Positions 46,660 through 58,400 of a stretch of DNA of 64,000 nt are shown in pieces; the first letter of the stretch is position 1; every line of letters begins with the position of its first letter. Under the pieces are notes generated by a model that did not search any database, was not told the origin of the DNA, and worked only from the letters and a program-made list of their open reading frames with translations. Made by a program: the position numbers and the translations under genes. Origin of the DNA: a virus (Duplodnaviria; Caudoviricetes); the IMG/VR virus record IMGVR_UViG_3300027847_001698; one strand, 5' to 3'.

Positions 46660-48572
46660 CCTTCTACTATTCCTTTAAACATATCCTTACTCCATTGGAC
46701 TATCTCATCCATCCGTGTTGACAAGTTAGCAGATCCACCAGTATCTAAAGTTAGAGTATAAATATACACCGGTGTATCTTGGCCTATTCTATGGATTCTA
46801 TCACTCGCTTGTTGATAGTCGGTATATCGCCACGGCATATTTAAAAAGATAAGAGTATTTGCTTCAATCAGAGTTACACCAGTTGCCATTGTCTGAACTG
46901 TAGCAATTAAAGGATTTCGTTTAGCATCAGAAGCAAACTCAGCTAATAATGGTTTGATTCTAGAGGATGTATCACCATATACAAGAATAGGATTAAATCT
47001 ATTTTTTTTGAGGTATGATTCACATTGTAATACCACTCCCCGATATGTGGAAAAAATAACAGTCTTCTTCTCAGATTTGTTTATAATATCAATGATTCCA
47101 CTTCTAGGAATCATATGTGCATACATTTCAGATCTCAATTTATTTAACAATCCACCTAGTACTTCTCCTCTAATTTTAAGATCAACATATTTTATAACTG
47201 ATTTAGACTTCAAGAACTTCTTTTTTAAATCCGAAGGTAGCAATTTATAAATTGTGGCTTTCTCGTATATATTTGCCCATACTACATTTTCAACTTGCCG
47301 TTTGTCTCTAGCGTTATATCCCGATTTTTTTAATCTTTTTACTATATATAAATATCTAACAAAATCAGAATCATCATTTAATTGAGTGGATACATATTTT
47401 AAACATTCATTATAATCATTTAAATACTTTCCATAATTCTTATTATAATGTGCTTTTCGTTCAATGACGTATGCCATTATTGTCTTTTTAACTTCTTCTG
47501 TTGTATAATCTTTAGAATTAGAAATCTTTACCTTTATCTTGATTTCATTCTTTTTAGGAAGATTCAATACCTCATGCTTCATTTTCCTATGCATCATGAA
47601 TCCCAATCTATTGTTGAGTATATCTAACGCTATAGTGGTATTAAGTCCAAATGCCTTTTTAAATATAGCAAGAGCTTCATCGTCAAAGAAAGGATCTAAC
47701 ACTTTCAAATAAGGAAGCATGTCAATCCCCAATGCTTTTATAGGAGTTCCGCTCATAAATAAAACATCATTACAATTAGTGAATTCTTTTATCTTTACTA
47801 AATTTGTAGTTCTGACTGAATTTATATTCTTAAAATTATGACTCTCATCTACAATTATTCCAATTCTCTTTGCTTTAGATATATGTGATGCGACTTGAGC
47901 AAATTTAGACAGTGATTCATAATTAAAAATATAATACTTTACTGGCCGAGAAGGAGGTGGTTCCCCAACAATCCACGTTGATTGTTCATCTTTAAATGCT
48001 GCATTTATCTCATTTCTCCATACTGTACTTACAGTATTTTTTGGAGCTATGATAATTACACAATCTTTAGATAGCCCCTCCATTAATGCGAGGCTTGTTA
48101 CAGTCTTTCCTAATCCTTGTTCAAATGACAAAATATAACCATTCAAAAAATACTTTTGTTTCATTGTATCATACAACTTAATAAACTGTTGCTGATATGG
48201 CTTTAAAGTAAATACAATACTTTTATTTATTCTTGATCCCTTTACTCTAGATCTTACATTACCATTTAATGTAGATAACCATGAATCTTCTAATATATTA
48301 TTAACTATTATTGCATATATATTTCTACCTGGAAGCTGTCCTAATATATAAACCAATTCTGGCAAAAAGAAATTATGAATTCGTATAGTACTATTTCCAA
48401 AAAATTTAAATCCTATAGCTTCTAATAATTTAGTTATTTTACTAGTTTTATATACCCGTTTAATATCTAATGCAAATCTATTAACTGGAAAAGATTTTAT
48501 TATAGTATATTTATCTTTAGTAATAACGTCATTACTAAATAATTCAGAAACATAAGTAAACTTAGGATTCAT
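46656..48572 (-). CDS. SNF2-family helicase/ATPase
   Basis: SFEQGLGKT, IVDESH, SGTPI, ATGVTL, QASDRIHRIGQ. Confidence 0.93.
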   Translation of the reverse strand: MNPKFTYVSELFSNDVITKDKYTIIKSFPVNRFALDIKRVYKTSKITKLLEAIGFKFFGNSTIRIHNFFLPELVYILGQLPGRNIYAIIVNNILEDSWLSTLNGNVRSRVKGSRINKSIVFTLKPYQQQFIKLYDTMKQKYFLNGYILSFEQGLGKTVTSLALMEGLSKDCVIIIAPKNTVSTVWRNEINAAFKDEQSTWIVGEPPPSRPVKYYIFNYESLSKFAQVASHISKAKRIGIIVDESHNFKNINSVRTTNLVKIKEFTNCNDVLFMSGTPIKALGIDMLPYLKVLDPFFDDEALAIFKKAFGLNTTIALDILNNRLGFMMHRKMKHEVLNLPKKNEIKIKVKISNSKDYTTEEVKKTIMAYVIERKAHYNKNYGKYLNDYNECLKYVSTQLNDDSDFVRYLYIVKRLKKSGYNARDKRQVENVVWANIYEKATIYKLLPSDLKKKFLKSKSVIKYVDLKIRGEVLGGLLNKLRSEMYAHMIPRSGIIDIINKSEKKTVIFSTYRGVVLQCESYLKKNRFNPILVYGDTSSRIKPLLAEFASDAKRNPLIATVQTMATGVTLIEANTLIFLNMPWRYTDYQQASDRIHRIGQDTPVYIYTLTLDTGGSANLSTRMDEIVQWSKDMFKGIVEG

Positions 48573-48575
48573 AAA

Positions 48576-49907
48576 TTATTGTTTAGATGATACAATGATA
48601 GCAGTCATTTCTTTCCATCCATTGGGATTTCCTACTCTGGAATCTACCGCATTTTTATAATCTCTAAATGTTATTTGTAATTTCGGATTCTTTTTATATA
48701 ATGATATAATATACTGATATACTTCCTGTTTAATTTTCATATCTATAGATGGAGATGTAAATTTAAGCATATCACCTATCAATGATATAATCTTTTTAGA
48801 ATCAAAAGCTATTTCAATAGCAGGAGCCCTACTTAATACAGCAGAATCTATTTGGTTAAGTGAAAGGTTAGTAATAATAATTAATTTCCCCTTAAACTCA
48901 AATTTATCTGGGGATGCTGATTCGTCTCCTCCAGTTTCTATCGTTGCCAATGTTGCTTTTTTAGGAAGAGATACTATTCGATTATCATAACTATCAGTAA
49001 TTGATTTTATCAGATTGATAACATCATCGTTCTGTAATGGAGTATCAAAATCATCAAGAATTAAAATTCTTTTCCTGTATTTATACAACATATCATAAAC
49101 CTCAGTCAAGCCCAAACTACTTCCCTTTATTATAGCATAATCTTTTCTAGGAGCTAATCCTGAAAAATGCAAAGCTCGTCTAACATTATATGTTTTAGAC
49201 ATCCCAGGTGGGCCATATATTATTAATGCAGGAGAAGGACCAGTTAGAGTATGATTAATCATATTAACCAAATCATTATACACCGCATATGCAGGTTCAT
49301 CTTTTTTCTGACTAGCAAATAACCCGTCATTTATAGCTTGTTCTAAAGGACCACTTACATACCTTTCTTGATACCAATTATATACTTTCTTAAAAATATA
49401 TCTAGCTTTCAAATAAAGACCAACAAGCCACACTATACCAAACATTGCAGCTATCGCCATCGCCGCAGGGTTGGTTTTTATTTGGTTTATGGCGGTAGCC
49501 TTAAGATCAATATCAGTCGACTCATATTGCATCTTATTCTTTTTAGCTAATATTATCATTCCGATAAACTTAAGAAGATCTTCTTTTTCAATATTACTAT
49601 TTATTGAAAATCCAGCGAGTGCTTGTAATTTATTATTACATATATCTAAACTATATATTTGCTTAAATGATTTATTTTTAGACGTAATTCTGATAACTCT
49701 TAACTTTCCACTAGATAAATATAAGAAATATTTTATAGCAAATAATTTACCATGCGTTTTAGTTGTTATTTCTTCTATATCTGGAATCCTGATAATTTTG
49801 TTAATACCAGGTAAGCGCTCTTTATTCAATTTTAAAACAAAACTAAAATCATTATTTTTAGTCTTCTTCTGTAACTCTTCCTTAGCTATTGTATACTTAA
49901 TATTCAT
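48576..49907 (-). CDS. AAA+ ATPase with an internal transmembrane segment
   Basis: AAMAIAAMFGIVWLVGLYL hydrophobic helix; IIYGPPGMSKT, LILDDFD, IIITN, AVLSR. Confidence 0.75.
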   Translation of the reverse strand: MNIKYTIAKEELQKKTKNNDFSFVLKLNKERLPGINKIIRIPDIEEITTKTHGKLFAIKYFLYLSSGKLRVIRITSKNKSFKQIYSLDICNNKLQALAGFSINSNIEKEDLLKFIGMIILAKKNKMQYESTDIDLKATAINQIKTNPAAMAIAAMFGIVWLVGLYLKARYIFKKVYNWYQERYVSGPLEQAINDGLFASQKKDEPAYAVYNDLVNMINHTLTGPSPALIIYGPPGMSKTYNVRRALHFSGLAPRKDYAIIKGSSLGLTEVYDMLYKYRKRILILDDFDTPLQNDDVINLIKSITDSYDNRIVSLPKKATLATIETGGDESASPDKFEFKGKLIIITNLSLNQIDSAVLSRAPAIEIAFDSKKIISLIGDMLKFTSPSIDMKIKQEVYQYIISLYKKNPKLQITFRDYKNAVDSRVGNPNGWKEMTAIIVSSKQ

Positions 49908-49922
49908 TTTATATCTCGTTAG

Positions 49923-52900
49923 TTATCCTATATCAGTCTCTAACATCATTCCACGCATATAAGTATCAAATAGATCCTTAGTGGGAGATGTTCTTGGGGT
50001 TCTGTATTCTGCACTTCCTGTCTGAATAATATCAGCTACAATTTGATCTTTAGTTACATGATCATCAGCTAAAGGTCCAAAGAATTCTCTTAAAATATTA
50101 GTTGCTCCATGATTTATAATAGAATAACTATCCATCTCACCAATTCTCTGTCCTCCACCCTTACCAGACATAGCCTGTTTAGTAACAGAGCTTACCATTC
50201 CAGTTGATCTTGCTGACAATTTAATTCCACTTTGTTGTTCAAGTTTCTTGTAGTATAGGTATCCTACAGCAATATCAGTGGATGTACTTGTTCCATACTC
50301 TTTAATTTTTAATTTATATCCTTCCTTTGCACCAACTAACCGTAAGGCAGCTCTAATATGTATAATAGTTGGCTCTTGGAATGGAGGAACAATGATAGGA
50401 ATAAATCCACCTCTATCTACAACAGTTTTTAACCATTTTTGATATGTAGCATTGGTCATTGAATTGACTGCAGTAACCACTTGTCTAGAATAGGACTTTC
50501 CTTTAGTTCCATCTAATACGCCTAACACTTTAGTAAGTAGAGCAATAGTCTTATCATTTTTTCGTGGTCCATAACCAATTATTTTAGTAGCCATGAATTT
50601 AGAAATTAAGGATAAATATAATTCTTTAATGGTTGAGGGGTTCATTCTATTTACAATAGCAATAGGATTAAGAATGATATCTACATGTTCACCCCAAGGA
50701 GTTAGTGGCATATTCTCTTCTTTTTCAATTTTAGCAATAACGCCCTTTCCACCATAGTTGTTAGTGATCTTGTCTCCAAGTTCAGCAACCTGAGTTTCTT
50801 CTATTTTAAATCTGATTAATACTCCAGAAAACTGCTGTTTCTCAGAACCAACTCTAGCAGTAAATTTCTTTGGTGTTGCGTGACCTTGTGCTTCCTCATA
50901 TTTTTCTTTATATGCAGCATGTGCCTTCTTTAATGCAGGAAATTTACTTATAGGAGAATTTGCATAAACCTCTAGGGAAATAATCTTTCCACCTGGAGAT
51001 TTTGTTATTAGCTGACCTTGCTGTATTTCATCTTCTTCGAGACCAACAACATCTTCCACTTCTTTAGAAATTCTCATTAGAAGTGGTTCGCCCCGCTTAG
51101 TCAATACTCCTTCTTGATTAATAAAACTAACTCTGTCTGTTGGTTTTACCAAAATCTCAATTTCATGATATGCTTCAGATGTTAATTTTGTTTTTGCAAT
51201 TTTGTCTGAAACAATATATCCATCCTCATATGAATAACCTTTCCATGTCATAACTGCACACAATAAATTAGTTCCTACAGAAATAACGCCATCTTGAATA
51301 TGTTTCCCTTCCGCAACAATCTGATTCTTTTTAACCTTCTGATTCTCAACCACAATAGGCTTGAAGTAATTTAATGCACTTTGTCCCTGACCAGCTCTTA
51401 ATATCTTAGTAGCAAGAGATATAGTTTGAAGTCTACCAGATTTTAGTTTTATAACAATAGCATTAGTGGTAATACTTCTAACTATACCATCACTAATTGC
51501 TTTCTTAACATAGTTATCAGATAACATAGATGTTAATACGCTTTCATATCCAGTTTGAACAATAGGAGCTTCTTCTCCATTTATAGGAATAGCCTGCCGA
51601 CCTTGGCTTCCTGCGAACATAACTCTAGCTCCATCACAAGATCCGATAAATGGAATCATAACTGAATTTACCCCTAAGATTCCTGACTTCTCATCTCTGC
51701 CATCAGTCTTATCAACAAAGGCACCTCTAGAATTAGTTATAGCAGCACCAACAGAAAGCTGATTAATTATTCCTACATTTTCACCTTCTGGTGTATCCAT
51801 TGAATCTATATTGCCATAATATGTAGGATGAATATTTCTAGCTTGTTTTGTTATTGCATTAGAATCTGGTATACCACCTTCACCAATAGGCTTAAGTCTA
51901 GTCAAGCATGATAATTCTTCAGTAGGATTAATATTCTCTAAATCATCCATCAGTTTAGAGTTAACAATTCTCTTTATAGCTTCTGTTACATCTAACTTGT
52001 ATTCAGCATCTTTAAACCCTGAAATTCTACGCTCTCTGTAATCTGTATATGACCCCAAAATCAATTTCTGAATTTGGTGGGCAAATACTTCTGATGTTCT
52101 AATTCTTTGCTTAGATATATCATTTCGGTCATCAACTCTTTCCTTTACTAACTCTTCACAAATATATAAAACAATTTGGGGATATGTAAATGGTAGAAGT
52201 TTTGATTTCAGTACTTGAGTAGCAACAGGTTCCATTATATTCTCTAATACTTGCTTTACTTTCCATGTAGAGTTTCTATTACCTGTTATTTTGATTAATG
52301 CCTGTTCAAATGTTTTTTGATCCTCTAAGTTATCTTCTGTAAAAATATTTGGAGATTCTGCAAATGAATTTAATAAAATTCTTGCGGCATCTGTTTTATA
52401 ATCTACAACAATAAAGTTACCATCACTCAATATCAGATAATTGATTCCTTCAGGTGGTTCTGTGTCAACTATTTTATATTTAACACCAAACAATCGACAT
52501 GTCTTCTTAAATCCAATGTAATAACCCATGAGAACAATTAATGGGAGTTTATATCCCCCTATCAATATCTGAAAGTATTGCTTTTTAACGGTCTTCTTGA
52601 GGTAAATAGTAGAAACGGCATATAGCGTTTCTAACTTGGCTTGTCCCTTTTTAACAAAGAAAATAGGATCTAATATGATCTGATATGTAAGATACTTCTT
52701 CTTTCCATTTATTAAAAATGTACCATCACCCATTAGACGGGGTATTTGGATTTCTACTTCATGTTTATTTTTCTTGTCATCTTGTAATACAACAATATAC
52801 CTATCATATAAAGAAGGATTCAAGTCACCAGGATCAGATGGGATAGGTTCCTTTTTCATACTGAATAGTTTCAATGGATAATCTTTTTTCTCCAACAATT

Positions 52901-54122
52901 TAAATGAATTTAATAAATCCTTTTCAAATGAGGTAGCAAAATCTAATTGACGTTTATTTAATATATGACTAGGATCTTTATGTTCAACTAACCCATGTAT
53001 ATCAACTTTAGAATGAATCAAATCTCTATTATTGTTTTGTGGTGGATCTCGTTTAACCACATCAGATAACAATTCCTTCTTAACCTGATCCAACATATAC
53101 TTTCTTCGTTCAGGAACAACTGTTTCAACTGTTTCATTTGATTTTTTAAGATCTCCAGATACACTAAACAAAATAGATTTTGTTGCTAGAGTTGTCGCTG
53201 CATTCTTATCAATACTTCTAGATAAAATACTTCTCCTAACTTGAGGTGGCATTGCTTTCAGGTAATTTGCAACTGCATATCTAATAGTATCTCTTTCTTC
53301 TTCTGTTTTTTCTATAATCGGATCAACTGTTACTGTATCTTCTGTATCTGAAATAATTTCATCAGTCGTCTTGTTATTGGGTAACTTAACAACCATGTCA
53401 TCATTAGGAACTATATCAATTTTACCAACTGCCAAATCAGCAGCAGCCATTGCTTCATCTTGACTTATAAAATCAGTTTTAGTCGATATAAGGGACTTTA
53501 AGATATTTCTAATTCTTGTATAGGGGAGACTATCATTTTCATTCCCCAACATTGAATATTTAGTTATTCCGTTTTTGATGATCGCTATTAGGAAATATTC
53601 AAAAGGATTTTCACCTTCAGTCTTTAACATTTCTAGAATTGGCCAAGCTCGTCTTTTAGTTATTCCTCTTGGTAATTCCTCATCTAGATTCACAACATAC
53701 AGTAAGACTTTCTTTCGGCCTTCATGTAAGCCTCTAAGACCAGATAAATATTCCTTTATCCTTGAACTAACAACGTTTCTTCTGTAATTTCCTTTTTTGA
53801 ATTTTACATCAATAGCATCCAAGTATCTAGTTAAATCAATATAAATATTATCTGCTTGACGTTGTAAATTTCTAGCTACAATTAATCCCAGCTTTCTATA
53901 AGGAAGAATTGCCTTACCATTAATCATAACTCTAGGATATCTAGACGCTATAGGAACAATCTTTCTGACATGTGTTTTCTTTATCTTAAGATGTTCATAT
54001 GTTGTTATAAAATCCACATTCTCTGGATAGAAAAAAATGGAATATGAACTAGCCCGTGAATTATCAATTCCTATTTGGGCAGTAGAAAACGGGAATAATT
54101 TTAACCGATCAATAAATATCAT
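49923..54122 (-). CDS. rpoB: Multisubunit RNA polymerase beta-like subunit, set 2 (putative virion), with long N-terminal extension
   Basis: RNIHPTYYG...DTPEGENVG, CDGARVMFAGSQGRQA, GYSYEDG, GDKITNNYGGKGVI, NRMNP, GQRIGEMD. Confidence 0.9.
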   Translation of the reverse strand: MIFIDRLKLFPFSTAQIGIDNSRASSYSIFFYPENVDFITTYEHLKIKKTHVRKIVPIASRYPRVMINGKAILPYRKLGLIVARNLQRQADNIYIDLTRYLDAIDVKFKKGNYRRNVVSSRIKEYLSGLRGLHEGRKKVLLYVVNLDEELPRGITKRRAWPILEMLKTEGENPFEYFLIAIIKNGITKYSMLGNENDSLPYTRIRNILKSLISTKTDFISQDEAMAAADLAVGKIDIVPNDDMVVKLPNNKTTDEIISDTEDTVTVDPIIEKTEEERDTIRYAVANYLKAMPPQVRRSILSRSIDKNAATTLATKSILFSVSGDLKKSNETVETVVPERRKYMLDQVKKELLSDVVKRDPPQNNNRDLIHSKVDIHGLVEHKDPSHILNKRQLDFATSFEKDLLNSFKLLEKKDYPLKLFSMKKEPIPSDPGDLNPSLYDRYIVVLQDDKKNKHEVEIQIPRLMGDGTFLINGKKKYLTYQIILDPIFFVKKGQAKLETLYAVSTIYLKKTVKKQYFQILIGGYKLPLIVLMGYYIGFKKTCRLFGVKYKIVDTEPPEGINYLILSDGNFIVVDYKTDAARILLNSFAESPNIFTEDNLEDQKTFEQALIKITGNRNSTWKVKQVLENIMEPVATQVLKSKLLPFTYPQIVLYICEELVKERVDDRNDISKQRIRTSEVFAHQIQKLILGSYTDYRERRISGFKDAEYKLDVTEAIKRIVNSKLMDDLENINPTEELSCLTRLKPIGEGGIPDSNAITKQARNIHPTYYGNIDSMDTPEGENVGIINQLSVGAAITNSRGAFVDKTDGRDEKSGILGVNSVMIPFIGSCDGARVMFAGSQGRQAIPINGEEAPIVQTGYESVLTSMLSDNYVKKAISDGIVRSITTNAIVIKLKSGRLQTISLATKILRAGQGQSALNYFKPIVVENQKVKKNQIVAEGKHIQDGVISVGTNLLCAVMTWKGYSYEDGYIVSDKIAKTKLTSEAYHEIEILVKPTDRVSFINQEGVLTKRGEPLLMRISKEVEDVVGLEEDEIQQGQLITKSPGGKIISLEVYANSPISKFPALKKAHAAYKEKYEEAQGHATPKKFTARVGSEKQQFSGVLIRFKIEETQVAELGDKITNNYGGKGVIAKIEKEENMPLTPWGEHVDIILNPIAIVNRMNPSTIKELYLSLISKFMATKIIGYGPRKNDKTIALLTKVLGVLDGTKGKSYSRQVVTAVNSMTNATYQKWLKTVVDRGGFIPIIVPPFQEPTIIHIRAALRLVGAKEGYKLKIKEYGTSTSTDIAVGYLYYKKLEQQSGIKLSARSTGMVSSVTKQAMSGKGGGQRIGEMDSYSIINHGATNILREFFGPLADDHVTKDQIVADIIQTGSAEYRTPRTSPTKDLFDTYMRGMMLETDIG

Positions 54123-54125
54123 GTC

Positions 54126-54551
54126 TTACTTCAATTTCTTTAATGTAACAAGTCCTTTCTTTTTACTAGCAGTAAGACTCCATTTGCCTTCCAATATCTC
54201 AGACGTAAATACGAAACGTTCTGATCCTGCATTCACATTTCCTTTCAGATTATAGCTTCCCTGTCTTGTCTTTCCTGCAAACTTAATCCGTTGTTTAAAT
54301 GTTTGAGGTTTAGAAGCTGGCATTATACGGCCCATAATCTCATCCCCCTTTTTTAACAGTTCAATTGGTGTTTGAGATATGAGCATATATGACGCCCATC
54401 CGTCTGCAAGATTGGTTCCATCTGAAACTGAATTAAAATATTTAAAATGTAAAGCTAACTCTTTCCCACTATTTGAAAAGGATATTGCTAATATATTATC
54501 CATCTTTGCTTCAAACAGAATACGTTTAATGTAAAAAAATTTATTATCCAT
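54126..54551 (-). CDS. Hypothetical protein, putative virion component
   Basis: 141 aa; N-terminal ILFEAK. Confidence 0.65.
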   Translation of the reverse strand: MDNKFFYIKRILFEAKMDNILAISFSNSGKELALHFKYFNSVSDGTNLADGWASYMLISQTPIELLKKGDEIMGRIMPASKPQTFKQRIKFAGKTRQGSYNLKGNVNAGSERFVFTSEILEGKWSLTASKKKGLVTLKKLK

Positions 54552-54553
54552 GG

Positions 54554-55417
54554 TTAATGTCCAATTTTCTTGTTTTTCATTGCAGATATAATTTTATCTG
54601 CTGAAATATTAAATATGCCCGCCACCTTTGTTGCTACATTTTTTGGTTTATCAATTTTTTCATTTTTCATTGATCCTCTGGCTTCTTCTATTCTTTTTCT
54701 CATATCGGGATGAGTTTTGAATATTTCAGTAAACTTGTTAACTGCGACCATAAATTTAGACTTGGATTTATTTAAATTCATTTTGTATGCATTAGCTAGA
54801 ATTTTAAATGCTTGAATTAACTCCTTTCCGTATCCCATCTTCACAGCAAAATCATCAGCTCTATACTCAAATCGTCTTGACATATAATTAGGAACTGTGG
54901 CTACTAATAGAGCAGTGACAAACATAAAAATACCTACTATTTTAAGGTCTTTGATATTCCCGGACTTCATGAGATCCAGTGGCTTGCCGATCTCTAAATT
55001 AAGTGACACTAACACCTGAACAAGAATAAAAGCACTAGATCTCTTAATAACATCATTATTAGTAGAATGTGCCACTTCGTGTAATAATATCGATATTGCT
55101 TGTCTATCATTAGTTAATTTTACAAGACTATCGGTTATGTACAAATTTTTACCTCCAAATGTAAACGCATTTGGGATTGGCTTTTTTCCACCACTCATGT
55201 CATCTATTTCATGAACGATCCATCCACCTTCCTTCTTTGCCTTCTTCATAATATCATTAAGAAGTTTAGTAAACTTCTTATGAATTTTAGTAGAATTTGC
55301 TAACTTAGCAGCTCGGAGCATACACACCGTAATCATAATAACTACAAAAACAGGAGTTGCCATGAAGGTTGGACTATCCATTAACCCTTCTTTGACTTCT
55401 AAATATTTTTTATTCAT
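54554..55417 (-). CDS. M48 (HtpX/Ste24-like) zinc metalloprotease
   Basis: PNAFTFG, ILLHEVAH, SRRFEYRADDFA, FKTHP; transmembrane segments. Confidence 0.88.
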   Translation of the reverse strand: MNKKYLEVKEGLMDSPTFMATPVFVVIMITVCMLRAAKLANSTKIHKKFTKLLNDIMKKAKKEGGWIVHEIDDMSGGKKPIPNAFTFGGKNLYITDSLVKLTNDRQAISILLHEVAHSTNNDVIKRSSAFILVQVLVSLNLEIGKPLDLMKSGNIKDLKIVGIFMFVTALLVATVPNYMSRRFEYRADDFAVKMGYGKELIQAFKILANAYKMNLNKSKSKFMVAVNKFTEIFKTHPDMRKRIEEARGSMKNEKIDKPKNVATKVAGIFNISADKIISAMKNKKIGH

Positions 55418-55492
55418 AATATTAAATATTCCTTATTTATTATTTTGTTCTGAGATTTAAGGTTTTATAAATATGAACCATAACCAACTGTC

Positions 55493-58400
55493 TTAAAGTG
55501 TACCATTTACCATTTGTTCCAATATGCTTTCACTCTGGTCTCTATCATAAGTGAGACCAGTCATAACTGCTAATCCCGGATTTTCAAAACTAAGAGCAGA
55601 TAACCAACTTTCCAATGAAGGTATCTTTTTAAGACTTACTACTATTGCATTATAATCTTTGTTTAATCTTGCTGGGAATGACGGGTTAGATTTATCTCGT
55701 AAAAGTTGACTTGCGAGAATTTCAAAATGAACCATATCTGCACCTGTCATTGGGCCATACTGATCATAAATTTTCATACAAAAGTGATCGGCTGATTTCC
55801 ATGGTTTCTTACCAGACAGTAAATGATTAATTATTCTAACCTTATCTGAAAAATCAGATGTAGAAGCAGGACATGTAAATACTGCTGAGTTATCAGAAAA
55901 CGGAATAGTGATTATATTACCATCATCTTGTACTTGGCGTCCCTTCAATGGAATATGAGTATGAAAATCCAATGCACAATCAATCACAACTCTATCTTTT
56001 GTAACTATCTCAAAATAACCATACTCTAATTCAAATGTATCACCAACTTTCTTAATATCCTTTTTCGGATCTAAAAATTGATTTCTATTAATGATAATAC
56101 TTCCAGATGTTTTAGTCACTAAGTCATTGATCTTTTGTGAAAACATTTTAGAGAAATACTGACTAGTCTTAACATCCATATTTGCGGTTAATGGCTTTAT
56201 GATATCCACAGCAGTAACAGATATCGCTCCACCACTATGAAATGTATTATGATTTTGAATTCCTCCCAACATATAATCTTTAGTATTGGTTTGGATATCG
56301 TATACAGGATAATCCCATTTCCAAATATCTTTTACTGTAGATACTACATCAAAGCCACGAACAGGCAAGTCTCTTCTTATTTTTATTGGTAGAATTTTAC
56401 CATTTGCTTTTAGTTTTTCACTACTAAGATTCTCATTTTTTAGAAATCGTATATCAATTGCAAAATTAGGTCTTTTTTGTTTACACCCCTTAGATCCTTC
56501 TTTATCTGGAGGGACAATACATGTATTACATTTATAACCTAACTTATCACATATAGCTTTAATCTGCTGAACCAGATAATAACTACAAGTGTACACCCTG
56601 CAACACGTACTAGCTGTATTAAATACAGTCCCGTCTCCATCAATCATTCCAGATAGAAAATCTTTTAACCATGATTTACTAAAATCTATAAAATTCTCTG
56701 GGAGTCTCTTTTCCCATGCATACGAACCATAAACAACATCATTAACATATCTATCATTATCTACAATAGTAATATATTTATCATAAACTCTAATATCATT
56801 ATATTGTTTTTTCAATTCTGATATTATTCTAGGCTTTATATAATTATCATGTTGGGAGATTATGTTCCCTTTAGTATTTCTGCCTTCTCCCGCTTTACAT
56901 CCTTCGGCACAATATATTCCAGCAACATAACCACTTACACCAGGAACTACTCTCTTTTTATTATTAGATGCAATGGTCGAATCTATCCATATGGCATCAT
57001 GTTTTGTTAACTCAGATGCTTCTATCTCAATTAATTCTTCATCGGTTATTGTAAATGGTGTTCGGGTAGATTGTGTTTCATTATATAATCTATCCCCAAT
57101 AAGCCTACACTTGTCATTAGAATATTTTGAATGAATAGAAGTTTTCTTGATCCATAATGGATGATTGGATTGGCACACCAACGTATGGCCACTTTTTGTA
57201 GTTATGAACATCATCTTTTCAGTAGGATCATGTTTTTGTATTGTAAGTGCCTTAACCTCTCCTTCCTTTCCTTGTACGGTAAAAGTAGATGGTAATTCTT
57301 TTGTTTCTTTTCCATCAATAATATCAATATCAGATGATACTGAATTCCATAAATCCTTAAATGCTATAAGGTTAGAATTATGATGAACTAATCCATCTGA
57401 ACATTTCATAATCATCTGGGTTCCACGTTCACCAAAGATCTGACCAGCCAATACTCCAACGTAAGGAGTTCTATTTCTTTCTAATAGATCACCATAACAA
57501 GTTTTGCATATTTTAGGAGATATACAATACAGTGGAGACTTTAAAGAAATGACTTTACCCATAGCTTTACTGGGATCTAGTTTAATAGGATTACCAACTT
57601 TATTAAGATAGTATCGGCCTTCTAATCGTCTTGCTATATCTGGAGTTACTTTTAATTGGAATCCCCGTTGGGTCTTACAATTAAAAATAGTAGGATCAGC
57701 TTCTACCCGTTGAAGTGCGAATACTAACTGTCTGCTCAAATATCCAGTATCAGCAGTATTCAATACACGATCAGCAATACCACGTCTACTTCCTGCTCCA
57801 CTCATAAAGAAATCTTTACTGGTCATTCCTTCTGCATATGACTGGGCAATTGGCTCTTGGATATTCCCTTCATTATCAGAAATTAATCCTTTAGCTACAA
57901 GTATCTGTCTAGCTTGATCATAACCACCTTTTAGAACTCCAGCTTTTCCTAACGTCCCAATATTGCCATCTTTCTTTTCTAAATGAGCACCAATATCAAC
58001 AGTGGATTGTTGAATTATTCTATCAGCCTCTTGTGGTGATTTTCCTACTAATTGTTTTTTAGCATCGACAATAGATTTTGGAATTTCAAGGTCTTCAAGG
58101 CCAAATGAAGGAGAACCAATTGTTCCATACTTATAAGATATTTTTAATATCTTATCAGCCCAATCAACATATTTTTCTCTTCCATATGTTATAAAGTATT
58201 CATTAGCTATATTGTTTAGCTTCTTCTGATTCACTTGTTCATTTATAAATGTATGACCATCAGGAAAGATATCATTAAACATAATCCTTCCAACTGTGGT
58301 ATCAAGTGTTCCATACTTTACTTTATCATTAATAGGCAATCCTTTTAACTGTCCAGGTCTAGTTACCCTTACTGCCGCCTTTCTAGACTTCGAATCCTTA

